Positions 20,290 to 28,282 of a stretch of DNA of 64,000 bases are shown piece after piece. The stretch's first letter is position 1; the number at the start of each line of letters is the position of its first letter. The notes under the pieces were generated by a model. That model worked only from the letters and a program-made list of their open reading frames with translations. It ran no database searches and was not told where the DNA came from. Source of the stretch: Candidatus Poseidoniales archaeon (lineage in GTDB: Archaea > Thermoplasmatota > Poseidoniia > Poseidoniales > Poseidoniaceae); the NCBI GenBank assembly GCA_038146705.1, contig JAYQSB010000005.1, positions 10,628 through 74,627 of the forward strand. Reading direction: 5' to 3'. The position numbers and the translations under genes were made by a program.

Positions 20290-21450
20290 TTAAGCAGTTG
20301 CGCCGATACCTGATTCGATTTGCTTTGTTGTCAATGGTTTTTCGGCAACCCATTGCTGCTTGAATAAATCGATAAGTGCAGCTTCATCTTCAGGTGTTGG
20401 AAGGTGTTCACGGACATACGTTGTCCATTCATCGTCTGAACCTGTAAACTCTGTTCCGTCGGTAAAGAATCGCTTTCCTTTCATAGCGCCAATTTCACGG
20501 TTAAAGTTCTCGTGAGGGATGTAAAGCGGTGCTGCGCCTTCGGGTAGGTAACCGTTGAGTTTCTGAATTTCACCTTCGATTTCGTCATGGTAATGACCTC
20601 GGGCTTCTTCGTTAAGTGTCTCTTTGTCCACTTCGATGTCGCCTTCGAGTTTCTTTCGCTCGTCCCAGCGTCCCTTGATACCCCAAACATACGCCCAGTG
20701 TGCAGATGAGGATTCGTCAACACCGAAAAGATCGTGTGCTGTTGCGACCCATTTGTTGATGTACCGCTGAAGCATATCAAGAGGAATAACGCCTGCTTTG
20801 ATGATTCGTCGGAGTCCGTTTGAACCTGTTCCAAGATGGAATGACTCTTCTTTGAGCATCGGACCCATGGATGCTGCTAGAGGTTTGAAAGCAGATGTCG
20901 ACAACATGCCGAGTTGGAACTTACCATCTCTGTCAACGAACATTGTGTAGCAGAAAAAGTCGAGCCAGTGTGGCATTGGACGATTGAACGCTCCGAGCAA
21001 TCGGTCACCATCTTGTGCATTTCGTTCAAGCAATTTTTGTGCCTCTCTTCGACCTTGTTGTCCAAAGTAGGTCATGAGGAGATATGCCATTTGCCAACCG
21101 TGACGTTGTTCTTCAGCCATGATTCTCGCTGCTGCATATCTATCGTAATCTGTAGGTGCTGTTGCCAAGAGATGGCGTTGTTGTTCGACGGAAGCGAATT
21201 CTGTGTCGCCTTGAACAGTGATGAGTGTAACGAGGGCGTCTCGCATGCTCTGGTGAGGCACTTGGAGCGATCGCTCCCACTTGCGCTGGCCCATGAAATC
21301 ACCATATTCGATGACATCGCCTGCACGGTCCCAGTCAAATTGAATGGAGAGGTCGAAATCACCCAGCCATTCGCGCTTAAATCCTACGCGGTCTTGCCAA
21401 TCGTTGAAGTTTGAAATCCATTCGTCCCATGTTTGCGGAAGGTTGTCCAT
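20290..21450 (-). CDS. boxB: Benzoyl-CoA 2,3-epoxidase BoxB-like diiron protein
   Basis: QGDTEFASVEQQRHL, EEQRH, LLGAFN, W.DFF...F.DRDGKFQL, EESFH, KGR motifs matching the BoxB family. Confidence 0.85.
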   Translation of the reverse strand: MDNLPQTWDEWISNFNDWQDRVGFKREWLGDFDLSIQFDWDRAGDVIEYGDFMGQRKWERSLQVPHQSMRDALVTLITVQGDTEFASVEQQRHLLATAPTDYDRYAAARIMAEEQRHGWQMAYLLMTYFGQQGRREAQKLLERNAQDGDRLLGAFNRPMPHWLDFFCYTMFVDRDGKFQLGMLSTSAFKPLAASMGPMLKEESFHLGTGSNGLRRIIKAGVIPLDMLQRYINKWVATAHDLFGVDESSSAHWAYVWGIKGRWDERKKLEGDIEVDKETLNEEARGHYHDEIEGEIQKLNGYLPEGAAPLYIPHENFNREIGAMKGKRFFTDGTEFTGSDDEWTTYVREHLPTPEDEAALIDLFKQQWVAEKPLTTKQIESGIGATA

Positions 21451-21471
21451 GACTCTCGCATGTCGGGGTGT

Positions 21472-21510
21472 CACTTATACTCTTTACGAACATGTTCGCA
21501 CGAACATGTT
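21472..21510 (-). promoter_or_regulatory. Putative boxB promoter with tandem palindromic operator
   Basis: ACGAACATGTT at 21486-21496 and 21500-21510 (each with palindromic AACATGTT); minus-strand TATAAG just downstream, about 25 nt before ATG 21450. Confidence 0.55.
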
Positions 21511-22132
21511 AGGTGCTTTGTTTCCTTATATCATCCTTAAACGCAAACATAACGCCTGATTCAATTCGCTGAAGCTGGCTGGAAAGGGTTGATTTGGCTA
21601 CACCTAGTTTTTCTGCAAGTTCGGACAATGTGATTCTTCGAGGTACGTCATAATATCCATTTTTGAGAGCATATTCGAACACCTCCATTTGTCTTGGCGT
21701 GAGAAGGCGACTCGAGTTTTGACGTGTGGAAAGCAAGCGGTACGGAATGAAATCTTCATCAAACAACCGAAACAGCTCTTTGAGTGCTTCCTTTGAAGAT
21801 TCGATGTGCCATTCAACCCATCCATCTCGAATTTCAAATGGTGTTCTTGGAACTACGCCAGTTATTCGAAGAGGTTTCAGGAATCCTCCACCCCCAGCAA
21901 CGATGTCAACACTGAAGTTATTTTCCGAGAGTGCCTTGAGCGAATCAACACCAGCGTGGTCGTTGATGGATGTACTCATATCGAGGTCGCTCCAACATTT
22001 TGCCATGCCACGTCCTCGCGACAAAGGCATGTGCTCTTCAATACGGAGCGTCCCTGATGGGTTTTGACGAGACACATCACCTGCCCAGTGGCCTTCCGGT
22101 AGTCGAACCTCGATTCTGACCTGCTGTGCCAT
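21509..22132 (-). CDS. Bat/HTH_10-type transcriptional regulator
   Basis: LTPRQMEVFEYALKNGYYDVPRRITLSELAEKLGVAKSTLS signature. Confidence 0.92.
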   Translation of the reverse strand: MAQQVRIEVRLPEGHWAGDVSRQNPSGTLRIEEHMPLSRGRGMAKCWSDLDMSTSINDHAGVDSLKALSENNFSVDIVAGGGGFLKPLRITGVVPRTPFEIRDGWVEWHIESSKEALKELFRLFDEDFIPYRLLSTRQNSSRLLTPRQMEVFEYALKNGYYDVPRRITLSELAEKLGVAKSTLSSQLQRIESGVMFAFKDDIRKQST

Positions 22133-22141
22133 ATCCTTCGC

Positions 22142-23095
22142 CTAAAGTTCGTGGGATTTCACACGCTGAATAACGCTTCCAGCTTCTACATCAATGAGTT
22201 CCGAAGTCGTTGTTGCTTCGCTGTCAGTAAGCACAACGCCAGGAAGATAACCGTCGCAGACACCTGCTGCAGCAAAAATCGAATTTGTGCTTTGACAGAG
22301 ATCTTGTGCACTCCACAATCGCTCGAGGTCATCGCCGACCATCTGTACCGCTCGTTGCTCCTCTTCTTCATTTCGAAACACGAGACGACCTTCAAAAATT
22401 CCACCTAGCCCACGAATAGCAGTTGCTGAAATAACCCCCTCGGGTGCGGCACCGATACCTAAGAGAACGTCAAATGGTCCATCATCTTTAGCAGCCCAAA
22501 TTGCACCCGAAACATCGCCATCGCCGAGTAAGTGAAGGTCAGCACCAACCTCTCGAACCTCACGAAACAATTGTTCATGTCGGCTTCTGTCAAGGCTGAC
22601 GACTTTGACTTCTTCGAGCGGCTTATCCCTCACATGTGCAATCTGCTCAAGATTGTACGCAACGTCTGCTTCAAGGGAGAGATGGGATTCAAGGTCTTTG
22701 CCAGCTGCGATCTTGTCCATGTAACAATCTGGAGCATGGAGCAACGTTCCACGAGGACCCGCTGCAAGAACGGCTATTGAGTTCGGTCTGTTGTAAGCAC
22801 AATTGTTGGTGCATTCAAGCGGGTCAACTGCGATATCAATTTGTGTGGCGTTCGGCATACCGACCATCGAGCCGAGTGGTTCCCCAATGTACAACATAGG
22901 AGCTTCGTCACGTTCACCTTCACCGATGGCAACCCTACCGTCGAATGGAACTTCATCAAAACACGCTCTCATCGCCTCGACCGCTGCTTGATCTGCAGCG
23001 TTTTTGTCTCCCTTTCCTTTCCAAGGGCCACAAGCAATGGCTGCCTGCTCAACGGCGTTAAGAAAAGCCTCACTCAGGTCAGATGTTGTTCCCAT
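22142..23095 (-). CDS. glpX: Fructose-1,6-bisphosphatase class II
   Basis: GDKNAAD, IGEGERDEAPMLYIGE, DIAVDPLE, YMDK, DGDV, GAAPEGV. Confidence 0.95.
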   Translation of the reverse strand: MGTTSDLSEAFLNAVEQAAIACGPWKGKGDKNAADQAAVEAMRACFDEVPFDGRVAIGEGERDEAPMLYIGEPLGSMVGMPNATQIDIAVDPLECTNNCAYNRPNSIAVLAAGPRGTLLHAPDCYMDKIAAGKDLESHLSLEADVAYNLEQIAHVRDKPLEEVKVVSLDRSRHEQLFREVREVGADLHLLGDGDVSGAIWAAKDDGPFDVLLGIGAAPEGVISATAIRGLGGIFEGRLVFRNEEEEQRAVQMVGDDLERLWSAQDLCQSTNSIFAAAGVCDGYLPGVVLTDSEATTTSELIDVEAGSVIQRVKSHEL

Positions 23096-23178
23096 GATTG
23101 AACCAAACGGATAACACCCATGAACTCAACGGTTCATTTTCAAGAGATGATGAGAGGAATATTCCATGGGGATATAGG

Positions 23179-23655
23179 CTATTGCTTGATTTTCGAGACG
23201 ACGTGTATTTGTTCCAACTGTGCAGTTTGGTATTGCCCTTGTTCATCTTTTTCAAATGATTTGACCATGTCAAAGACACAGAGCAAACCTGCAGAAACAC
23301 CTGTTAAGGCCTCCATCTCAACGCCAGTTTTGTACATGGCTTCGACCGTCACTGTGCATCGTAAATTTGTACCCTCCCAAATCCACTCGACGTTGACGCC
23401 TTCGATTGGAATTGGATGGCAGTGTGGAATAATCCGCGGGGTATCTTTGACGGCTTGAATTGCTGCAATCGTCGAGGCTTGCAGGACATCTCCTTTCTTC
23501 ACAGCCCCAGATTCTATGGCTTCTTTTGTCGCAAGTTGAAGTCGAAGCAAGCCCGTAGCAACGGCTTTTCGATAGAGAATTTCCTTTTCATGAATACGAA
23601 CGACCGCTTCGATATCCACAGATTTGTCTTCGTTCAACCAAGTCCCTCCTTCCAT
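23179..23655 (-). CDS. moaC: Cyclic pyranopterin monophosphate synthase
   Basis: KKGDVL, IPHCHPI, TGVEMEALT, DMVK. Confidence 0.95.
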   Translation of the reverse strand: MEGGTWLNEDKSVDIEAVVRIHEKEILYRKAVATGLLRLQLATKEAIESGAVKKGDVLQASTIAAIQAVKDTPRIIPHCHPIPIEGVNVEWIWEGTNLRCTVTVEAMYKTGVEMEALTGVSAGLLCVFDMVKSFEKDEQGQYQTAQLEQIHVVSKIKQ

Positions 23656-24083
23656 GTGCTACCTGCTGAGGTAACCTCTTTCTTCCACAGGGGTGCTTGA
23701 ATTTTCAATGTATCGATAAGCCATTCGCATGCTTGAAATGCTTCTTTTCGATGAGCACTACCAACATGTATTGCAACAATTGGTTCGTTTGCTGCTACGC
23801 TACCGATACGATGGGCTAAGGCCACAGAAAGCACGCCGAAGGTTTCAATCGCCTCTGAGCCAAGGCGGTGCAATACACCAGCGAGTTTATCTTCCCAAGC
23901 ATCGAATTCTAGACGGTAGACTTCATGCTCACCCTCCATCGACCTCGTTATTCCAAGAAAACTTACAACAGCCCCACAGCCTTCTAAATTCATTTGCTGA
24001 AGAAGTGATTCTGCGTCAAGAGAATCTTTTGCCTCAACAACAAGAATTTGTCCACTCACAGTGATGCGAAAGAAACGCATCAT
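23634..24083 (-). CDS. moaE: Molybdopterin synthase catalytic subunit
   Basis: GAVVSFLGITR, HRIG, SAHRKEAF, PLWKKE. Confidence 0.93.
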   Translation of the reverse strand: MMRFFRITVSGQILVVEAKDSLDAESLLQQMNLEGCGAVVSFLGITRSMEGEHEVYRLEFDAWEDKLAGVLHRLGSEAIETFGVLSVALAHRIGSVAANEPIVAIHVGSAHRKEAFQACEWLIDTLKIQAPLWKKEVTSAGSTWKEGLG

Positions 24084-24105
24084 TCAAACCTCTCGCTTCG
24101 TTACC

Positions 24106-25377
24106 ATGGACATGGGCGGAAAGGATTCCATCACCATCATGGGTGCTGGACTATCTGGACTTGCTGCCGCTACGCTTCTTGCTCGAGCCGGAAACGATGT
24201 TCATGTTCATGACATACGAACGGATTCAGGGGCCCGATTTGACGGCGACTTTCAAGCACTGGAAAACTGGAGCATGGATGAAGATTTTTTTGATCAGTTG
24301 GAATCATGGGGGTTCGATTCAACCTCATTCAAATCGACATCGTTTTCTGTGGTTGACCTCATCCACCCCGACGACGAAATTTCGCAAGCGAAAACCAATG
24401 GTATCGCTTACCGTATCGTCGAACGTGGCACTTCAGATCATACCATTGATCAAGCCTTCAAACGCATGGCTACAGAGGCAGGTGCAACAATACATTACAA
24501 ATCTCGAATTGAGGAGAAGGATGCAGATATTGTTGCATGTGGTCCGAAGGATACTTCTGCCCTAGCACTCGGAGAAATCTTTCATACCACACATCCAAAC
24601 CACATTGCATTTCAATTGAATGACAAACTCGCTCCCGGTGCATACAGTTACATGATCATCATCGATGGTGTTGGCCTCATTTGTACATGTCTATGGAGAA
24701 AACAAAAGAAGAGCGAACGTTTTCTCAACGAAACGATAGCATGCTACCAACGTCTTTACCCTAACGTTGACATGAAACCCATCAAGCGTGTCGGGGGCAA
24801 AGGTGACTTCACACTCAATGGGCATTACACTGTTCCGGAAACTGGTCAACACTTCATTGGAGAATCCGGTGGCCTTCAGGATTTTATGTGGGGCTTTGGG
24901 ATGCGTATGGCAGTGTGGTCAGGAGTTTTGGCTGCGCAGGAGATGCTTGGTGGCAAACCCTACGAAAAAGAAGTTCGGCGGCAACTCCTTCCATATGTTC
25001 GAACAAGCGTTGCGAATCGTTGGCTCATGAACCGTGTCGGTGACCGAACCTTCAAACGAATGTGCAAACAATGGATGCGTGACCAAAAGAAAAGCGGGGA
25101 TGGCCTGCGATGGATTGGGCGCCTTTTTCGTCCGAGTTTGTTCAAACAAGTGGTGTTCTTGGTCACCTCTCCATTTATGCTCAAAAGAATGCAAGGACCT
25201 ACCCGTCCCTTGAGACTACCATTTAGGAAAGCCAAGTCAAGAGATCATTGGGAACAAAGCAAAGAAGCACTCGAGGTCAAAGCACGATGGGAAGCAGTGC
25301 GACGAGGTGGAGGACATGTCTCATTCACGAGCACAGCCGAAGGCGAGGGGCAAGAAATCTCAGCGATTTCTTCTTAA
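24106..25377 (+). CDS. NAD(P)/FAD-dependent oxidoreductase (geranylgeranyl reductase/FixC-like superfamily)
   Basis: GAGLSG Rossmann motif, APGAYSY, IGESGGLQD..GFG. Confidence 0.8.
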   Translation: MDMGGKDSITIMGAGLSGLAAATLLARAGNDVHVHDIRTDSGARFDGDFQALENWSMDEDFFDQLESWGFDSTSFKSTSFSVVDLIHPDDEISQAKTNGIAYRIVERGTSDHTIDQAFKRMATEAGATIHYKSRIEEKDADIVACGPKDTSALALGEIFHTTHPNHIAFQLNDKLAPGAYSYMIIIDGVGLICTCLWRKQKKSERFLNETIACYQRLYPNVDMKPIKRVGGKGDFTLNGHYTVPETGQHFIGESGGLQDFMWGFGMRMAVWSGVLAAQEMLGGKPYEKEVRRQLLPYVRTSVANRWLMNRVGDRTFKRMCKQWMRDQKKSGDGLRWIGRLFRPSLFKQVVFLVTSPFMLKRMQGPTRPLRLPFRKAKSRDHWEQSKEALEVKARWEAVRRGGGHVSFTSTAEGEGQEISAISS

Positions 25378-25400
25378 CACCTATCCATGTGGATTGGGGT

Positions 25401-26267
25401 ATGAGCGACTTATATGGACTCAAACTTGAACCTCTTGCAAACAATCTTGTGAACTACGGCGTGACTGAAAACGGTATTGCCGTCATTGAACTTTGCTCGG
25501 ATTCTGCTGGAAAACCACTCACGGAATCAAGTGACCGGTCTCCGAACACGTACACCCACGAAATGATGCGAGACCTCGACGAGGCCATCGTAAAAGCTCG
25601 TTTCGACGACGATGTCACCTGCATTATCCTCACTGGTAATGGTGCATCGTTCTTCTCTGCAGGTGCTTCAATTCAAATGCTCAACAGCGTAACTCCAGGA
25701 TTCAAGTACAATTTCTGCCTTCACGCAAATGAAACCCTTTCAAGACTTGAACAAACACCAAAACTCGTTGTTTGTGCTATCAACGGCCACGCCGTTGGTG
25801 GAGGTCTTGAAATTGCCATGGCTGCTGACATTCGAATCGCACGGAAGAATGCTGGAAAAGTTGGCTTGCCGGAAATTAACCTCGGTGTTCTTGCGGGTAC
25901 TGGTGGAACTGCACGACTCACACGATTGGTTGGAAAAGCAAAAGCACTCGAAATGATGGTCACCGGTGAACTTTGGTCTTTCGAAGACGCACATGGACTC
26001 AACCTCATCAATCACATCTGGGAAGGAACCCCTGAAGACTTCAGGAGAGACATCCTCGACTGGTGTTCGCAATTTACCCTGCCAAACAAAGCCGTCAAGG
26101 CTGTTGGCAACATCAAGCGCTCGTGCCAAACCGGTCCAGAAATTCCATTTGAATATCACCTCGCACTCGAGCGAGAACTTCAAGCAGCGTTATTCAACAG
26201 TTCGGATGCAAAAGAAGGTATTGCCGCATATGTCGAAAAGCGAGTGGCAAACTTTACTGGTCAATGA
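25401..26267 (+). CDS. Crotonase-family protein resembling the BoxC N-terminal domain
   Basis: NTY, FSAGASIQML, FKYNFCLHANET (compare BoxC KVNFCKFTNET, recalled), LPEINLGVLAGTGG. Confidence 0.8.
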   Translation: MSDLYGLKLEPLANNLVNYGVTENGIAVIELCSDSAGKPLTESSDRSPNTYTHEMMRDLDEAIVKARFDDDVTCIILTGNGASFFSAGASIQMLNSVTPGFKYNFCLHANETLSRLEQTPKLVVCAINGHAVGGGLEIAMAADIRIARKNAGKVGLPEINLGVLAGTGGTARLTRLVGKAKALEMMVTGELWSFEDAHGLNLINHIWEGTPEDFRRDILDWCSQFTLPNKAVKAVGNIKRSCQTGPEIPFEYHLALERELQAALFNSSDAKEGIAAYVEKRVANFTGQ

Positions 26268-26285
26268 AGAGTCGGAGTTGGCGAC

Positions 26286-27209
26286 ATGGAAGTTTCTGTT
26301 CCTGCTGATGTTCCTGATGAATTAATTGAAACGTATTTGGATAACATGAGAGCTGCAACAAGCGGCACTGGTTCGATGAACCTCTTTGCTTGTGATCAAA
26401 AGATTGAGCACCTCAACGATGACTTTTATGATGGCGGACAAAACATTCCACTCTCATCAAATGACCCAAAACACCTCTTTGAAATCGGAGCCCGAGCTCA
26501 CGCAGAAGGAACGATTGGCGTGCTCGCAGGTCAACTTGGTCTCATCTCAATGTATGCTCGGGACTATCCCGAGATCCCTTACTTGGTAAAACTAAACTCA
26601 AAATCACATGTTGTAAAAACAAAACAACGAGACCCCATTTCACAATCGATGTGGGATATGGACGATGTCATGTCACTCGTTCATAATGGAATTAATGTTG
26701 TTGGGATTGGATATACAATATACATCGGTTCAGAATTTGAGCATGAAATGCTTACTGAAGCGGCACAATTTATTCGTCAAGCACACGAACTTGGAATGAT
26801 TTCAGTCGTTTGGATGTACCCGAGAGGGAAAGCAGTGGAAGATGAAAAAGACCCTCAATTAATCTCTGGTGCTGCCGGTGTTGCCGCATGCATCGGTGCT
26901 GACTTTGCAAAAGTCAACTATCCAAGGGCTTGGGATGGCATGACACAACCCGAATCATTCAGAATCGCCGTTGAAGCAGCAGGCCGCACCGGAATTATTT
27001 GCTCGGGTGGTGGCTCACTTCCTCCACGCGATTTCTTACAACGTCTTCACGACCAGGTAAATATCTCAGGCTGCCGTGGTGCTGCAACCGGAAGGAACAT
27101 TCACCAAAAACAAACCGAAGAAGCGGTACGAATGACTGCAGCCTGTCACGCTATTATTTGCGATGGAGCAAGTGTAGATGATGCAATGGCAATATTCGAA
27201 AACAATTAG
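26286..27209 (+). CDS. Class I (DhnA-type) fructose-bisphosphate aldolase
   Basis: DQKIEH, VKLNSK, GYTIYIGSE, WMYPRG, GADFAKVNYP (Schiff-base Lys), GRNIHQ. Confidence 0.9.
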   Translation: MEVSVPADVPDELIETYLDNMRAATSGTGSMNLFACDQKIEHLNDDFYDGGQNIPLSSNDPKHLFEIGARAHAEGTIGVLAGQLGLISMYARDYPEIPYLVKLNSKSHVVKTKQRDPISQSMWDMDDVMSLVHNGINVVGIGYTIYIGSEFEHEMLTEAAQFIRQAHELGMISVVWMYPRGKAVEDEKDPQLISGAAGVAACIGADFAKVNYPRAWDGMTQPESFRIAVEAAGRTGIICSGGGSLPPRDFLQRLHDQVNISGCRGAATGRNIHQKQTEEAVRMTAACHAIICDGASVDDAMAIFENN

Positions 27210-27691
27210 CCTTGAGTCGACATACACCATCGCTTCAATTCATTAACCTCAATTGATTCATCATATGTCTCAACATGATGTTGGATTATTTCAGGAGGTA
27301 TGAATTTGCCAGTATTTTTTCTTTCCAAATTCCTTTCTAGAAGAGTTTGAAGGTTCAAAGCAGGTAAAGAAATAAGTTTGAGAACATATTTTTTCTCAAC
27401 TGATGCACAAACATATGGACACATTTCCCAAGGAAGGATGTTTGTATTATCAATGATAATCAATGCAGCCTCAGCATCCATAGCATCTATGCAACGTTCT
27501 AGATTGAGTTGGTGGTATTCTTTGAGTCTATTTTTATCAAACACATACATTCCATGTTGATAAAAGAAAGAATCAGTTGAGCATACGACTGCTTTTGGGT
27601 GTTCTAAGATAATCTCCTGAACAAGTGTCGACTTACCCGAGCATGCTGGTCCGCGGATGATGACCAATGTTGGTTGATCGCCTAAATTCAT
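27206..27691 (-). CDS. P-loop kinase (AAA_33 / N4BP2-like polynucleotide kinase-like)
   Basis: RGPACSGKST, CSTDSFF, IIDNTN...WE..PY. Confidence 0.75.
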   Translation of the reverse strand: MNLGDQPTLVIIRGPACSGKSTLVQEIILEHPKAVVCSTDSFFYQHGMYVFDKNRLKEYHQLNLERCIDAMDAEAALIIIDNTNILPWEMCPYVCASVEKKYVLKLISLPALNLQTLLERNLERKNTGKFIPPEIIQHHVETYDESIEVNELKRWCMSTQG

Positions 27692-28011
27692 GATTCATTG
27701 TCAACATGGGTGGTGAACGTTCCATCCGGCCCCATGACGATTGGATTACCTTCAACCCATTCAGGGCAATTTTCTGCAACCCACACTCGAGTAGCCCATT
27801 CGCAAATATCATAGCCACCTGATAAGATACCTGATCGCTTGATATAGCCGACTTTCACAATGTCTTTGTCTTTTGAGAGAACGTTGCCTAATTGTTGACT
27901 CGTTGTTCCATGGCGCATGGAGGAGTTGATGTGTTCGAGGATTTCAGCTGTGTTCCTGGGCCTATCATTCAAATATTTCTTGATTTTTTCTCGGATTCGA
28001 GTCGTTTTCAT
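27688..28011 (-). CDS. DUF3860-like small winged-helix protein
   Basis: TAEILEHIN...HGTTSQQLGNVLSKD, conserved Thermoplasmatota pattern; GGAGG SD upstream. Confidence 0.75.
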   Translation of the reverse strand: MKTTRIREKIKKYLNDRPRNTAEILEHINSSMRHGTTSQQLGNVLSKDKDIVKVGYIKRSGILSGGYDICEWATRVWVAENCPEWVEGNPIVMGPDGTFTTHVDNES

Positions 28012-28282
28012 ATCTTTTTTCCTCCTGTCATTTTACCATTTACTGAACTCAGTACCTGATGTTTCTAAGGAGCGAGGCTACTAATATAACCGTTGCCCTC
28101 TTCATGAACGAAGTTGTTACATAATTCTGATAAATATCGGTGTTTTTTTTACATTCAAACCTATTAAGTAAGTTAAATTCTACACATTCCACAGGAAATG
28201 CATAACTAAATGTAACTATATTGTAGATTAACTTATATATACTGCGGAATTTTGCAAACAATTGTTGGAAAGAGGAGAAATT

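Noticed and set aside
20290-21450. PaaABCE phenylacetyl-CoA epoxidase complex
   Set aside because: Only one diiron subunit, with BoxB-type motifs; no paaB, paaC, paaD or paaE neighbours
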